From a phage, in assembly GCA_020241125.1 (NCBI GenBank), contig GCA_020241125.1_4708.1: a DNA stretch of 64,000 bases. One strand, written 5' to 3'. Every line of letters starts with the position of its first letter. Within the stretch, counting starts at the first letter, position 1. The position numbers and the translations under genes are program-made. Positions 18,618 through 29,336 of this stretch are shown here, in pieces. Below the pieces are notes generated by a model that saw only the letters and a program-made list of their open reading frames with translations, had not been told where the DNA came from and searched no databases.

Positions 18618-19391
18618 TTACTCAGGATCGGCGTAGAAATGGTGAGGATAGCCGGAGTACGATCCCGCGTTACCGGCTATGGATTCTTTCTGGGAATCGA
18701 CGACGAGCGCATAGAACTGTCGGGAATTTGTTAGCGTTGAGAAATAAGCGGAAAGGACTTTTTCATTCAACGCATCGCAAGGTAGACAGGTGCGACCGCA
18801 AAACGTCACGATACGGCCGTCGGGATAGATCTCACGAATCATTCTCCACTCACCGATATCCACTGGTGATGGCGCTGCTACACCACCTGTTATCGTTAAG
18901 TAACGATCGTACGTGGTATGGCATTCAGGATGAATATAGATCGGCTTGTTCGTTTCGACAGGTTCCGAAGTATCTCGACGACTAAGAAGCTCAACGACTT
19001 CAAGATAAATCGTTGGTAGATCGCGGAGAATACCGGTGCTACGACGTTTCTTTGTGATTCGCGGACGAATCTCGTTGAGAGCGTATTCGAGCTTACGTTC
19101 AGCTTCGTACGCATCGAGTTTTATCAGGCGACCCGGTTCATCGGAATGATCCTGAGTTACGTAAACGAAATACGCGTTGCCTTTTGCAGCGTGAAAGATT
19201 CGAGCGACCTTAAATGTTTCTACGGTACGATACCCAAGGCGCGATTGATTTTCCACAGGAGAAAATATCCAATGTCGTCCTTCGTCCGCCTCAACAATTT
19301 CGTTGAAACTATCCGTTTGTTCTGGGACCTGGTAGTCAGCCATTAATGTATCAAGAGCGTCGTCAGCCAGTTTGATGTAAATATCTGTCAT
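18618..19391 (-). CDS. hypothetical protein, paralog B of an HPxC/YPDG pair (257 aa)
   Basis: ORF-track N-terminus (GTG 19604) reads through the hairpin and motif; ATG 19391 has GAGGA 7 nt upstream. Confidence 0.75.
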   Translation of the reverse strand: MTDIYIKLADDALDTLMADYQVPEQTDSFNEIVEADEGRHWIFSPVENQSRLGYRTVETFKVARIFHAAKGNAYFVYVTQDHSDEPGRLIKLDAYEAERKLEYALNEIRPRITKKRRSTGILRDLPTIYLEVVELLSRRDTSEPVETNKPIYIHPECHTTYDRYLTITGGVAAPSPVDIGEWRMIREIYPDGRIVTFCGRTCLPCDALNEKVLSAYFSTLTNSRQFYALVVDSQKESIAGNAGSYSGYPHHFYADPE

Positions 19392-19447
19392 GTTTGTATC
19401 CTCGGCTATTAAGAGAAATTTACAGTGATAACAGTAACCGTTGTTAT

Positions 19448-19478
19448 CACCTAGGTAATGTAGTCGCGAAATAAACTG
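19448..19478 (-). promoter_or_regulatory. conserved ~31-bp motif, copy 2 (candidate phage promoter)
   Basis: CACCTAGGTAATGTAGTCGCGAAATAAACTG; between hairpin 19490..19531 and ATG 19391. Confidence 0.45.
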
Positions 19479-19489
19479 GGTTAGACAGT

Positions 19490-19531
19490 ATATGACCCTC
19501 TCCCAACCCGTAAGGGAAGGGAGAGGGAATA
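19490..19531. terminator. GC-rich palindromic hairpin family member
   Basis: CCCTCTCCCAACCCGTAAGGGAAGGGAGAGGG directly after stop of 19532..20899. Confidence 0.5.
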
Positions 19532-20899
19532 TTAAACGGTTGGACGAACAGTATTGTCTTTTTCTGGTGCAATCCATAACGTGACTGTACCATGGCATGT
19601 CCACTGCGGTTCACGCACAGAAGAACCTGCCATTGTAACAGCGCAATCGGTACGCATGATAACCCCGTATGCTTCGCAGAGATTGTTATCCTGCATCCAC
19701 ACAACTTTAGCGGGCATGCCAGGATACAACAAATCCATGTTTGCGTATTCCCACACCAACTGCATCGTTCTACCGCGTAATCCGGCAGTATTGCTTAATT
19801 CACGCCATCGGTTATCGGTTACGCGTCCCATCCCTTTCGCCACTTTCACGTTATCGCTACGTTCTTCAGTTACGTACTCGCTAACGTTTACGGTACGACT
19901 GATGATCGTATCACCCCCTTTTGATAATGTCATTCCCTGACTCATCTGACTTGCCGAAACAAAACGCCCACCCGCATTACCTAACAACGAAGCCGCGTTA
20001 TTGATGTCGCTTACCGACGCCCCTCTCGTACACGCAATTTCCACGTATTTGTCACGATTGATCCAGGTCTTGTCCATGCCCGGAAACATATCGGCAGGAT
20101 AGTTGTAAAAGATCGCCGTGCGCCGACCGTCAGAGAAACGGGTTTCGTCGTATAAGGGGTAGATATACAGATACGGGGATTGATAATAACAACCGACGTC
20201 AGCTGAATAAATACCGACCTGGTTCTGTATTTTATCTACGAGATCCATCGCATTGGTACCGTGTGGAAGAATAAGCAACTTGAATGGGTTGTCGTTATTC
20301 GGTGCAACAATATCCACACCCTGCATTTTGAATCCGGTGTCAGCTTCAACCGCAGAAAGTATCTTGCTGAATTCAAGTCGCAGTACATCCAGCACTTTCG
20401 ACCCAGTATAGTTCTCACCGGTTTCTGATTGCATGAAGCTTTCAAGAACAGGATCGAACAGTTGAAATTGAAGATCGACCATTTGTTCGTAGTCTTTCTT
20501 CGAAGAATCGGTTGCGGTACGTTCGTCGGTAGCGGACATACGACTGTCTACGGTTGTTAAACAAACCGCTCGGTAGACGTAAGCTTGTGCGGCATCGTCT
20601 ACGGTTTGGCGTTGTCCGCGCATCAGGCTGTACGCCTGCACGATGATGCGCATTTTAAGTTGTTGTTGGTACGGTAGAATGTATTTTCCGTAACTGCCGG
20701 GCGGGAACTTTACAGAGATATAGAGTTCATCTCCAGCGTTACGTTCATAGTCTCGATACGTGTGGACTTGAGTCACTAAAGGAACAGACACCGTCATTGA
20801 CGGCGTGATTAATTCCGCGGTGACTTTATACGCAACAGCAACTGCTTCCTGCGCAAATGTACCGATATACCGTCCTAACGGCGTCTGTTTGTAATCCAT
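19532..20899 (-). CDS. hypothetical virion-type protein (455 aa)
   Basis: ORF; stop of upstream gene 2 nt before ATG. Confidence 0.8.
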   Translation of the reverse strand: MDYKQTPLGRYIGTFAQEAVAVAYKVTAELITPSMTVSVPLVTQVHTYRDYERNAGDELYISVKFPPGSYGKYILPYQQQLKMRIIVQAYSLMRGQRQTVDDAAQAYVYRAVCLTTVDSRMSATDERTATDSSKKDYEQMVDLQFQLFDPVLESFMQSETGENYTGSKVLDVLRLEFSKILSAVEADTGFKMQGVDIVAPNNDNPFKLLILPHGTNAMDLVDKIQNQVGIYSADVGCYYQSPYLYIYPLYDETRFSDGRRTAIFYNYPADMFPGMDKTWINRDKYVEIACTRGASVSDINNAASLLGNAGGRFVSASQMSQGMTLSKGGDTIISRTVNVSEYVTEERSDNVKVAKGMGRVTDNRWRELSNTAGLRGRTMQLVWEYANMDLLYPGMPAKVVWMQDNNLCEAYGVIMRTDCAVTMAGSSVREPQWTCHGTVTLWIAPEKDNTVRPTV

Positions 20900-20901
20900 G
20901 T

Positions 20902-21507
20902 TTAACGACCCCGTTGCTGTTGTTGAATGATGAATTCTTCGATCTTCGTACCACGGAATTCGCTGTGACGAACCGCTTGCAGTTGCTCTTCAACGGTTGG
21001 GCCTGCATTGAGACCACCACGACGTGCGCGGTTGATGCCGATTTTACGGCGCTGACCGATTTCACGTAAACGTGAAGATAATCCGCTCATTTCGGTTGGG
21101 TCTTTAATGCGACCGCGTGCAACGTTCCACAGACCACCCATGAACTCTTCGAGGATACGGCTGGCTTCGAGAGACGGTACGCGCGCGTTAGGGTCGTTTT
21201 CGAGATTGTATTTAACGTATTCCGTATGTTCCAGAAGAAGCATGAACATCTTCATGGCGTTCACGTCAGGATTTGCAATACGCATAGGAACACCACGAGA
21301 ATGTTTTTCAGCAGCCTGCGGTACGGTAAGCTGTGCGGGCACCTCTTCGTTCATGGCCATATCGTCGATTTCTGCAACCCCTGAAGAGTAGACGCCGCTG
21401 ACCTCATTGGTGTAATTGTCCACCATGAATTTACGGGGAATCCAGAATTCGAATTTACGTTCAAATAGACGTTTGGTTGGGGTACCTTTAACGTGTTGTA
21501 GACTCAT
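20902..21507 (-). CDS. hypothetical protein (201 aa)
   Basis: ORF; ATGA start/stop overlap with upstream gene. Confidence 0.75.
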   Translation of the reverse strand: MSLQHVKGTPTKRLFERKFEFWIPRKFMVDNYTNEVSGVYSSGVAEIDDMAMNEEVPAQLTVPQAAEKHSRGVPMRIANPDVNAMKMFMLLLEHTEYVKYNLENDPNARVPSLEASRILEEFMGGLWNVARGRIKDPTEMSGLSSRLREIGQRRKIGINRARRGGLNAGPTVEEQLQAVRHSEFRGTKIEEFIIQQQQRGR

Positions 21508-22820
21508 GGTTCAATAGCTCCTGCTCGTAACAGCATAATAACGAACGGTGTGAAATAATAACGATCCAGCGGAGAAAGCAACGGTAATGCGTCAACCATC
21601 TGTTTCAGTGCTGGATGACTGATTGCTTTCTCATCGACCATATCACGTACCATACTCTCAATGATTGTCATTGGGGCTTGATTGCGATAGAAAGCCTCTG
21701 TGAAAACATAGTACGGATCGTCCGCTACAGATGGAAACAACGGAACGCCGTCATACTCCATCGATGTAAGGTTGGTCACCAACGGATTTGTCGGTGGTGT
21801 GTTTTCAGGTACAGCCAACTCTTTACCTACGTCTTCACCGAGCGACGTGGTCGCAGGCCACATACAGAACCGCGCACCACTAAAACGAATCCCACCTGCA
21901 GCCGGGTACTGATAGAAACGCTTTGTTGACAACAGTGTGAATTTCACCGTCAACCGCGCCTCGTCTTCCCGACGTCCGTCCATTACCCATTCAAAGACAG
22001 AAATCGCATTCGCTTCCTGGCTGTCGTCTACGTTAAGACGTCCGAAGTTCCATGAAGGTTTTCCTTCAAGCGACGACCATAATTTCGTAAACGCGTTAAC
22101 ACACCAGGGATCGTAGGTTGCCGCATCCTGACCAGGAACAAGTAATGTGTTTAATTCACGGCTGTAGAATTCATGGTAGTACGCGTGACAAAGTCCCAGC
22201 GCACGACGGAGATAATCATACTTACGATTGTATTTCTCCGTTGCCATTACGGGATGTTTTCCGTGCTTTAACTGGTCTTGGTCGTACAGCGTATCCTCAA
22301 CGATTTTCGCTTCCAGTTCGATAAGCTGTTTTTCGTCAAGAATACGCTGGAAGGAAATATCGCATTCGTAAGCCGGTGCTAAGCTAATGTTCTTCGGCGT
22401 GATTCGGGTGATCGTGTACACCGCGATACGATGATCGAGACCGGAGATTAACAGCATGTTACCTAAAAGAGGAACCGATACCGCCGGAAGTATACACGTA
22501 CCCTCGGATTGAAAACGTGCGGTCCCGTTGTCGTACGACGGCGTCAATGACGACATTAACTTGATAGGGTAATGTCTGATGCGACGGTACTGCTGTTCAG
22601 CGATGTCTCGGTTAGCTTGAAAACTGCTTTGTTCATCATCGCGACCGAGAATCTGTTCGTAATAATCACATTCTACGGAATAACCGGATGCGTAATTCAC
22701 TAACCCGATTTGACTATTGTATTGCTCATCCACCACCGCAGAACGATAAACATCGTCGCGAGCCTTCGCGGGTTGTTGGGGGTTGATGGTGGGTTTCGCG
22801 GGCTTCTTAGCGAGCGCCAT
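21504..22820 (-). CDS. hypothetical virion-type protein (438 aa)
   Basis: ORF. Confidence 0.8.
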   Translation of the reverse strand: MALAKKPAKPTINPQQPAKARDDVYRSAVVDEQYNSQIGLVNYASGYSVECDYYEQILGRDDEQSSFQANRDIAEQQYRRIRHYPIKLMSSLTPSYDNGTARFQSEGTCILPAVSVPLLGNMLLISGLDHRIAVYTITRITPKNISLAPAYECDISFQRILDEKQLIELEAKIVEDTLYDQDQLKHGKHPVMATEKYNRKYDYLRRALGLCHAYYHEFYSRELNTLLVPGQDAATYDPWCVNAFTKLWSSLEGKPSWNFGRLNVDDSQEANAISVFEWVMDGRREDEARLTVKFTLLSTKRFYQYPAAGGIRFSGARFCMWPATTSLGEDVGKELAVPENTPPTNPLVTNLTSMEYDGVPLFPSVADDPYYVFTEAFYRNQAPMTIIESMVRDMVDEKAISHPALKQMVDALPLLSPLDRYYFTPFVIMLLRAGAIEP

Positions 22821-24372
22821 AGCGTTTCACTCCTACGATGGTACCGACAAGAATTCTCGGTACGAATAAACTACGATGTTTGAACCACGAAGCGGTTGTT
22901 GGGATACGTTTGATGGCTTCGATAAGCCCGATTAGCGTATAGCACCCCCGACTGTTCTTCTTAGGCCAGTACTTTTTATCTAGACCTAATACTGCAAACA
23001 GCTCATCCACCAGATTGGGATAACAACACAACGCTTCAAGTGTTTCAACCTGTAACTGACTTAAATCTAACAGTATCGCCAGACGAACGTGGTAATCACT
23101 CCGTAAGTCTAACGGATCTTTCGCTTCAAGATCGCCAACGTCGGTTAATGTCCACGCGTCTCTTGCGTAGCGGTATTTGCCCTTCCAAACCTCAAGGAAA
23201 AAAGGAGACTGGTAATGACATTTTGACCATTCTGGGTACTCACGGAACCACCGAACAAGATCGGGATGGAATTCACCTTCTTCGGCTAACGAGTCCAACG
23301 TCACCAACAGGTTAGGTTGTTCAGGATCGATGGCAAGCAGCGCGGTGAAAAGCGTGCTTGATGGAAGTTCGGTTTCCACACTTGATGGCGGTAGCCATTC
23401 ATCCAGATCAGGATACCGATACGCTTGAATCGACGCACCCTGCTCGGGCAAGAACGAATCACGAAGAATGTCCTGATACTGCACCACCATACCACCACGA
23501 CGCGCACGGGATTTATCACGCACCGAAAGGCTCGGTTTGTAAAGGTACTCTTCGGGGAGTATCTGTTGGTGTACTTGAACAGGATACCGTGCTACGATAT
23601 GTGTTGGCGTGTCGTACGTGTAACGGTAAGAGAAGGTTGCGTTGTACGAAGAACTGTTCTCATTCTTCTCTGGCTTCGGAGCGTCGGTGAAATCAAATTG
23701 ACCAGAGATCTCTTCTTGCATTTCCCTGATAACCAATTTAACGCTCTTACCGTCACCGGCAACTGTCGTCATGGTGGTTGCGCGGTTGTCGAACCCGTCT
23801 CTAAGGTATTCGCTGAACTTATCCCCGTAACCCGCTATTGCTTCCCGGTGTGTATGAATAACTTTTAACAACATGAGAAACTGTGTTGGGATCGCATAGC
23901 TGTATTCGGCGCTAAGGAAGGCAGCGACATGCTGACTTGTGAGCAACCGTTTCATGTCGTACCACCAACGTTCGGCAGTGACCTGATCTTCGAACCGTTT
24001 GGTGATCTGCATGGTTGCAACCATCGTACTGTAAACAGGTACTAACGATACGCCAAGGTTACGGTCTTCAAATACGGGAAGACTGTTTCGTTTGTAAACG
24101 GTATCGTACATAGAGGCCTGTTCTTCAGGGACAATGTTAAGCTCAATTTGGATAAACCCGTCAGCAGGCCCCTTTACATCCTGATCAACAACTTGCGGCG
24201 GTTGCTCGTTCGCAGCACTCATTTTAGCGTGAAGAGCTTCCCCTCGAAAAAGAATGTTCTCCCGACTATAATCCCACCCGCAAAGCTCGCTGATCTGCCG
24301 TAACACCGCGATTGCAACCGGACGTGTTACCGTCGCGTATACGTCATTGATTTTTCGATCAAGTTTAGGCAT
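22807..24372 (-). CDS. hypothetical virion-type protein (521 aa)
   Basis: Start trimmed to ATG 24372 (GAGGA 9 nt upstream). Confidence 0.75.
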   Translation of the reverse strand: MPKLDRKINDVYATVTRPVAIAVLRQISELCGWDYSRENILFRGEALHAKMSAANEQPPQVVDQDVKGPADGFIQIELNIVPEEQASMYDTVYKRNSLPVFEDRNLGVSLVPVYSTMVATMQITKRFEDQVTAERWWYDMKRLLTSQHVAAFLSAEYSYAIPTQFLMLLKVIHTHREAIAGYGDKFSEYLRDGFDNRATTMTTVAGDGKSVKLVIREMQEEISGQFDFTDAPKPEKNENSSSYNATFSYRYTYDTPTHIVARYPVQVHQQILPEEYLYKPSLSVRDKSRARRGGMVVQYQDILRDSFLPEQGASIQAYRYPDLDEWLPPSSVETELPSSTLFTALLAIDPEQPNLLVTLDSLAEEGEFHPDLVRWFREYPEWSKCHYQSPFFLEVWKGKYRYARDAWTLTDVGDLEAKDPLDLRSDYHVRLAILLDLSQLQVETLEALCCYPNLVDELFAVLGLDKKYWPKKNSRGCYTLIGLIEAIKRIPTTASWFKHRSLFVPRILVGTIVGVKRYGAR

Positions 24373-24748
24373 CGATGTCGTCCTCGCTAATTTCCTCACC
24401 TCCTTGTTGTCGATATCCGGTATAATGAATCAGACTGCTCTGTAGAAGCTCTTTAACGAGCCCTAGACGCGTTTTATCTGTTTCATTGGACGTTTCCATT
24501 AATGTTTCTATTTCGTTGTTTAAAACAGCGTATAGCGCTTCTAACGGCAATCCTTGGATGATTGGTTTGATGGTACCTTCCGGTAGTGCCGCAACAGGAA
24601 TCTGCACGACGGTTTCGTGTGCGGTATGTGGGTTAATACGGCAAATATACATACCGGGTACTGAATGTCGCGGGCACGCCGCTACCAAGCATGTCTGTTG
24701 CTGCGCACCGTTAAGTGCGAGTGAAAGAAATTTTGCTTCACGTGTCAT
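24365..24748 (-). CDS. hypothetical protein (127 aa)
   Basis: ORF. Confidence 0.6.
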   Translation of the reverse strand: MTREAKFLSLALNGAQQQTCLVAACPRHSVPGMYICRINPHTAHETVVQIPVAALPEGTIKPIIQGLPLEALYAVLNNEIETLMETSNETDKTRLGLVKELLQSSLIHYTGYRQQGGEEISEDDIDA

Positions 24749-24792
24749 CGCAGATTCCTGTTTGAAAGATAAGATATCACATGATGGTCGAC

Positions 24793-24830
24793 AGCATAAA
24801 GCCCACCCCGAAGGGCGGGCTGTTTATGCG
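24793..24830. terminator. GC-rich palindromic hairpin family member
   Basis: AGCATAAA-GCCCACCCCGAAGGGCGGGC-TGTTTATGCG. Confidence 0.45.
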
Positions 24831-24836
24831 TACGGA

Positions 24837-27800
24837 TTACTTGTAGGCACCGCAATGGGCTTTGATGAGGAAAAGCACCGCTTGCATCGGTTTATTGAAC
24901 TGTTGCCATAACGTCAATGCCGGATGGAACAACCAATCTTCCAGGCCGAGAACAATACCGTAGTTAACGACATTATTAACATCGTTCTCAACGTTGAGTT
25001 CGCTATCCAGGAATTTATCGATTGAACGCAGGGTCTGCATGGCGTTGTCAGCAATAAGCCAAGCTTCATGTGCTTCACGAGCCGCACGCAGCACTGCCTC
25101 CAGTTCGCTGATAGTAGCTACCGGTAATTCCTCACTGGTGAGGTCGTCAGAAACCGTAAACTGGCGATTGATACCGGTGTAGATCCACTGCATCAGTTTC
25201 GCTGCTTCCTCGTTCGGGTTGTTACGCGTTGTCGCATAAGTCGCGCTCACCTTCACGATGTGCGTTTCACCAAGATACGCTTTGGACCCAACACCTTTAC
25301 GATCGCTGTCTTTCCACGGTTGTACGGTAGCGACCATGAGCTTATCCCATTTCTGAATAGGAATACGCTTCAGACCAACAACCGATCCAGCGGATGTTTC
25401 GGACTGGTTGCTCTTCCGCACGTCGCTGAGCTCACGATCGATCGCAACGATTAATTCACGCGTCATGTTACCAAGCATTTTGATTTCACCCAACGCAGCG
25501 ATGAGCTTCTTCACATCGGTAACAGGTTCACCACCGATGGTAAGATGACGGATGAAACGTTTCAGAATAATCCGTTCTGCTGCTGGGTTACCGCGACGCG
25601 CTTTGGCCAGCGCTTGCTGTGTTTCGGCGAACAGCTTATCCCATGGAGCCGTAGCGGCGGTATAGTAACGATGGTTGGTTTCAATCCAGTTACCGATACG
25701 GTTAACCGCGCTCTTAACGGTATCCATGAATCCTTCCATCGCAATTTCGGTAGCTTCGACGTTACCCTGGAAGTTATCGGGACCGATCTCGCGTGCCGCT
25801 ACCAGAATACCTTCCACCGCGCTCACCGCGTGGCGACCGATAGCCAGATTTCGCTGCGCTTCTTCAGCACGCTCAACGAATTCCACCACCGCAGGATTAT
25901 CAACGATTTCCGCCTCGGCAACAACACGTGTACCGGCATCGCCTTCCAGTGTTTCGATGGTGACAACAGGATCGTTTTCACCAGCAACATCCTGGTATTC
26001 TTCCTGTTTGAGATCGCCGTTATCAGCCGCTGCGACAGCGGTGAGTATACGAACGGTAACATCGCCGAGTTCTTTTGCAGCGAATCCGTAAACGGTGCAT
26101 GCGGTCGTTGCAAAGTTCATCAGGGTACGTGTGCGCTGCGTGACGTAGCGTGCGCCCGATTCGTTTTCCACTTTGTCCAGATCGCGGAGTAACTGCTCAG
26201 CCGTCTCCTGAAGTTGAGTAACTGCTTTCAGGAGGTCTTCGTCAAACAGTTTCGTTGCCGCACCGATCAGCATTTCAACGCTAACGTTGGACGGCACAGC
26301 ATCATCCTGTTGTTTCATGGCGCTAAGTTCGTCACGGAACTCACGAATGCCGTTTAACGCATCGTCGATAGAATATCCGAACGCTTTCACGCCCGCCATT
26401 CCAAGAGCTGCTTTCATTTCAGCTGGATGCTGAACTTGCTCGCCTTCCTTGCTGTTCTTTAACTCATCGAAATATTTCTTCGACGCGTCCGCAATACGTT
26501 TACTGTCTTTAACCGCATTTACGATCTTATCGACAGATTTCGAGTCGTTTGCGAGCAGCGTATCCAGTTTATTCCACTCAACGTCAACCTTCTTGGTGTC
26601 GCTCGGCGGAGGAAGCAGTTTCATCACTGGTGCTGTGCGTTGTTCTTTGGTCAGCTTGTCGGCCTTCTCTTCGATTTTTTTCTTATTAACACCAAAGAGA
26701 TTTTTCAAACGCGCCACGAGGGCTTTTAAGAACTTCGCGACCGCTTCGTAAACCGATTTCAGAATCTGTTTAAAGCGACCCGGCTGCTTTTCCCCGTCTT
26801 CCAGATTGAGATCGCTGTTCAGTGCGACATCAAGCTGTTTGTACGATTCCATGATGTATTCGTCTTTGATTTCAGGACGAATCTCGAAGCTTTCCATCGG
26901 ACCTTCAGCCGGACGGAATTCCATTTTCAGTTCGCCTTGCAGGGTAGGGTCGACAATGGCGATCGCTTCACCCTGACCATCAGCGTTAAAGCGTTCAGCG
27001 TAACGAGTACGGCGAACAATAACACTCTTATCCCCATCAAGACGACGTACCACCATGGTGCCAGGAATGTACGGTTGTTCTGTTTCAATGACGGTTACAT
27101 CTGTTTCACCCTCACCGAGAATAACAGATGCACGCTGTTCAACAACAGGAACATCTAATACACCACGGGCTTCCAGCTCTTGATGAATTTCGAACGACTC
27201 TTGTTTCAGATCTTCATCTTCTTCGTTTTCGTCGTCTTCATCATCGTCACCTTTGGTGTTTTCATCACCCTTGGTGGTTGTGTCGTCGGTGGCACCAGCG
27301 TCAGCGTCGGTGTTAGCAGGTTCTTCGGACGCAGGTTCGGTGGTGTTGTCCTCCGTGGACGACCCGTCAGTGTTATCGACATCAACATCACCTTGCAGTT
27401 CTGTTTCCTGAGCAACTGCTTCGGCTTTCTGCTCGCCGGTATTGCCGTCATTAGCGTCAACGACAGGTTGTTCGTCAGCGACGGTATCTTCAACCTTTTC
27501 TACTTTCTCCACGACACGTTTAATCACGGTGACTTTGATGGGTTCTTCCGTTGTTTTGGTTTCTGGCGTCACCTCGGTTGCCGCAGCCGCTGTTTCAGCA
27601 ACAGGTTCTGCTTTTTCCGGTTCGACGACATTACCTTTAACACCTTCGGTGGTTTCTGCAGGTTGCGCTGCCTGTTCGATTTGCGCCGGATTGGTTGGAT
27701 CGATGGCGTTAGCCGCATCCTGAATCTTGTTCTTCAGGTTGTCGCGGTCAGCGTTAACGGTCGGGTCGTTGGTCACTTTCGGTGCCGGTGTTTCGGTCGG

Positions 27801-28214
27801 TGCGTTTGCCGGATACGGGTTCTTCGGCTCTTCGCCAGGTGCGGTCGGTACCGCGATCAGAACGAACGGTTGAACATCGTTACCGTCTTCCATGGTTACG
27901 CCACCGTTGCTCGGTGTGAAACGAATTCGTAAACTACCATCAATAGGACGGGTCACAATAACAGCACGTACGACATCCTCACCGTTCTCATCCGTGCTAC
28001 GAATCACACGAACAGCGTCATCAACGGTAGCCCCTTCCTCGAGCGTATCTGATTCGATCGTCGCTTCGATGCTGTCTGGCCGTGCCGCTGTAGGTAATGC
28101 GATCACTTGCTCTTCTTTATCAGTAGAAAGCGTTGCTTTGACTTCGATAGGTGTATCGCCGCTTTCCAGGTTAAGATGCGACTTACGCATCAGATCAGCT
28201 AACGATTTTTTCAT
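24837..28214 (-). CDS. very large hypothetical virion-type protein (1125 aa) with acidic low-complexity linker
   Basis: Long ORF; GAGGA upstream; internal DDEDDENEEDEDLKQ and Thr/Asp/Glu-rich stretch. Confidence 0.85.
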   Translation of the reverse strand: MKKSLADLMRKSHLNLESGDTPIEVKATLSTDKEEQVIALPTAARPDSIEATIESDTLEEGATVDDAVRVIRSTDENGEDVVRAVIVTRPIDGSLRIRFTPSNGGVTMEDGNDVQPFVLIAVPTAPGEEPKNPYPANAPTETPAPKVTNDPTVNADRDNLKNKIQDAANAIDPTNPAQIEQAAQPAETTEGVKGNVVEPEKAEPVAETAAAATEVTPETKTTEEPIKVTVIKRVVEKVEKVEDTVADEQPVVDANDGNTGEQKAEAVAQETELQGDVDVDNTDGSSTEDNTTEPASEEPANTDADAGATDDTTTKGDENTKGDDDEDDENEEDEDLKQESFEIHQELEARGVLDVPVVEQRASVILGEGETDVTVIETEQPYIPGTMVVRRLDGDKSVIVRRTRYAERFNADGQGEAIAIVDPTLQGELKMEFRPAEGPMESFEIRPEIKDEYIMESYKQLDVALNSDLNLEDGEKQPGRFKQILKSVYEAVAKFLKALVARLKNLFGVNKKKIEEKADKLTKEQRTAPVMKLLPPPSDTKKVDVEWNKLDTLLANDSKSVDKIVNAVKDSKRIADASKKYFDELKNSKEGEQVQHPAEMKAALGMAGVKAFGYSIDDALNGIREFRDELSAMKQQDDAVPSNVSVEMLIGAATKLFDEDLLKAVTQLQETAEQLLRDLDKVENESGARYVTQRTRTLMNFATTACTVYGFAAKELGDVTVRILTAVAAADNGDLKQEEYQDVAGENDPVVTIETLEGDAGTRVVAEAEIVDNPAVVEFVERAEEAQRNLAIGRHAVSAVEGILVAAREIGPDNFQGNVEATEIAMEGFMDTVKSAVNRIGNWIETNHRYYTAATAPWDKLFAETQQALAKARRGNPAAERIILKRFIRHLTIGGEPVTDVKKLIAALGEIKMLGNMTRELIVAIDRELSDVRKSNQSETSAGSVVGLKRIPIQKWDKLMVATVQPWKDSDRKGVGSKAYLGETHIVKVSATYATTRNNPNEEAAKLMQWIYTGINRQFTVSDDLTSEELPVATISELEAVLRAAREAHEAWLIADNAMQTLRSIDKFLDSELNVENDVNNVVNYGIVLGLEDWLFHPALTLWQQFNKPMQAVLFLIKAHCGAYK

Positions 28215-28229
28215 AAAGCGTTATTCCTC

Positions 28230-29336
28230 TTAAAAGTAATATTTCAGCGCCTCGCGAGAGACATCAAGCATAGCCGCTGTTGAATTCGTAAAGAACTCGG
28301 CATAGCCCACAAGCGGCACCTTGATCCACGCGGTATACGCTGTAAGGTATCGAGAAAGGGCTACCATAGCATCATCAGAAGCAGTAGTAACTGACAACTG
28401 ACCTTGTTGACGATAAACGTCGTTAAGTTTTGCTTGTAGATTCCCTGCGATTTCGAGTAACTCGTTGGCGTACTTTTTACGATGGTAACTAACCAGTAAA
28501 TCAACACCCGTATTTACCGACTCGAGTAGCACACCAACTTGTTCTAATGTTGGCATTGTAACCACCATATCCCGTTCAACGGACGGTACATCCTGGACTT
28601 CAAACCGTGCGGATTGAATAGCGAGGGACTGTTGAATTGAACCAGAACCTGAGGTGGTAACCTGATCGAGTCGTAGCGTACGGTTGCCCAGTAACGTTAC
28701 ATTGACGAGTCTCGATTCGTTCAGCGTACTGTAGACTTTATGCAATAACGTATACGCATCACGATTAATCACATCGATTAATGCGGTATCCGTCTGTTTT
28801 AAGATAATGTCGAGTGCTCTATCTAACGTATTAGCGAACTGCTTAAAATCATCACGGAACGACGAAGACAAGAGATATTCAGCGATTGCCAAATTCTGTT
28901 TGTATAACGTATTCCCAGTTGTGAAGTCGAATCCAAAACTGTTCCCATACCGTAGGTGCGGTGCCAGCGTTGACGAAGCTTCGAAGCTTTGCGCGATGGG
29001 TTTACGACCAACGGCTTTTGTGTAGTGACGGCGGATGTTGCTGAGTTCGAGCTGTAGTGCGCGACTACGATCGATAAACCGGGCGATAAACGCAGTGATG
29101 TTCCGCAACGTTGTCCAGATCGCATCGATGATGGCTTTGATGATTTTCATCGCAAGCTGATTGTACGATTCCATCGTGAGGAGATCAGCACTTTCTGTGG
29201 TATAACCGGTTGCCGGAATACCGCCTGCTTGCTGATAAATAAGCTGGTGAATTTGTCGTTGCGTTGCTGTCTCTGGCACAGGTAATGTTTTTAACAAGCT
29301 TAACGCTTGAATCTGTCCGTCATAGGTCTGCAGCAT
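28230..29336 (-). CDS. hypothetical protein, member of head/internal-protein-like paralog family (368 aa)
   Basis: Start trimmed to ATG 29336 (GAGGAAA 6 nt upstream); architecture similar to the next three genes. Confidence 0.75.
   Translation of the reverse strand: MLQTYDGQIQALSLLKTLPVPETATQRQIHQLIYQQAGGIPATGYTTESADLLTMESYNQLAMKIIKAIIDAIWTTLRNITAFIARFIDRSRALQLELSNIRRHYTKAVGRKPIAQSFEASSTLAPHLRYGNSFGFDFTTGNTLYKQNLAIAEYLLSSSFRDDFKQFANTLDRALDIILKQTDTALIDVINRDAYTLLHKVYSTLNESRLVNVTLLGNRTLRLDQVTTSGSGSIQQSLAIQSARFEVQDVPSVERDMVVTMPTLEQVGVLLESVNTGVDLLVSYHRKKYANELLEIAGNLQAKLNDVYRQQGQLSVTTASDDAMVALSRYLTAYTAWIKVPLVGYAEFFTNSTAAMLDVSREALKYYF

Noticed and set aside
18532-19604. N-terminal extensions of ORF-track entries (18610, 19604, 11128, 9649, 14408, 24399, 29378, 37453, 62521, 62738)
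   Set aside because: Extensions begin at GTG/TTG, lack an SD sequence, overlap upstream genes or read through hairpins and the 31-bp motif; the first internal ATG with a good SD was preferred.
25545-27932. Plus-strand ORFs 25545..26192, 25675..26091 and 27180..27932
   Set aside because: Embedded antisense within the 1125-aa minus-strand gene; composition typical of reverse-strand reading of a GC-biased coding region.
29271-29300. Partial fourth copy of the 31-bp motif (CACAGGTAATGT) inside coding sequence
   Set aside because: Only about 12 nt match and it lies within the 29320..30621 coding region; likely coincidental.
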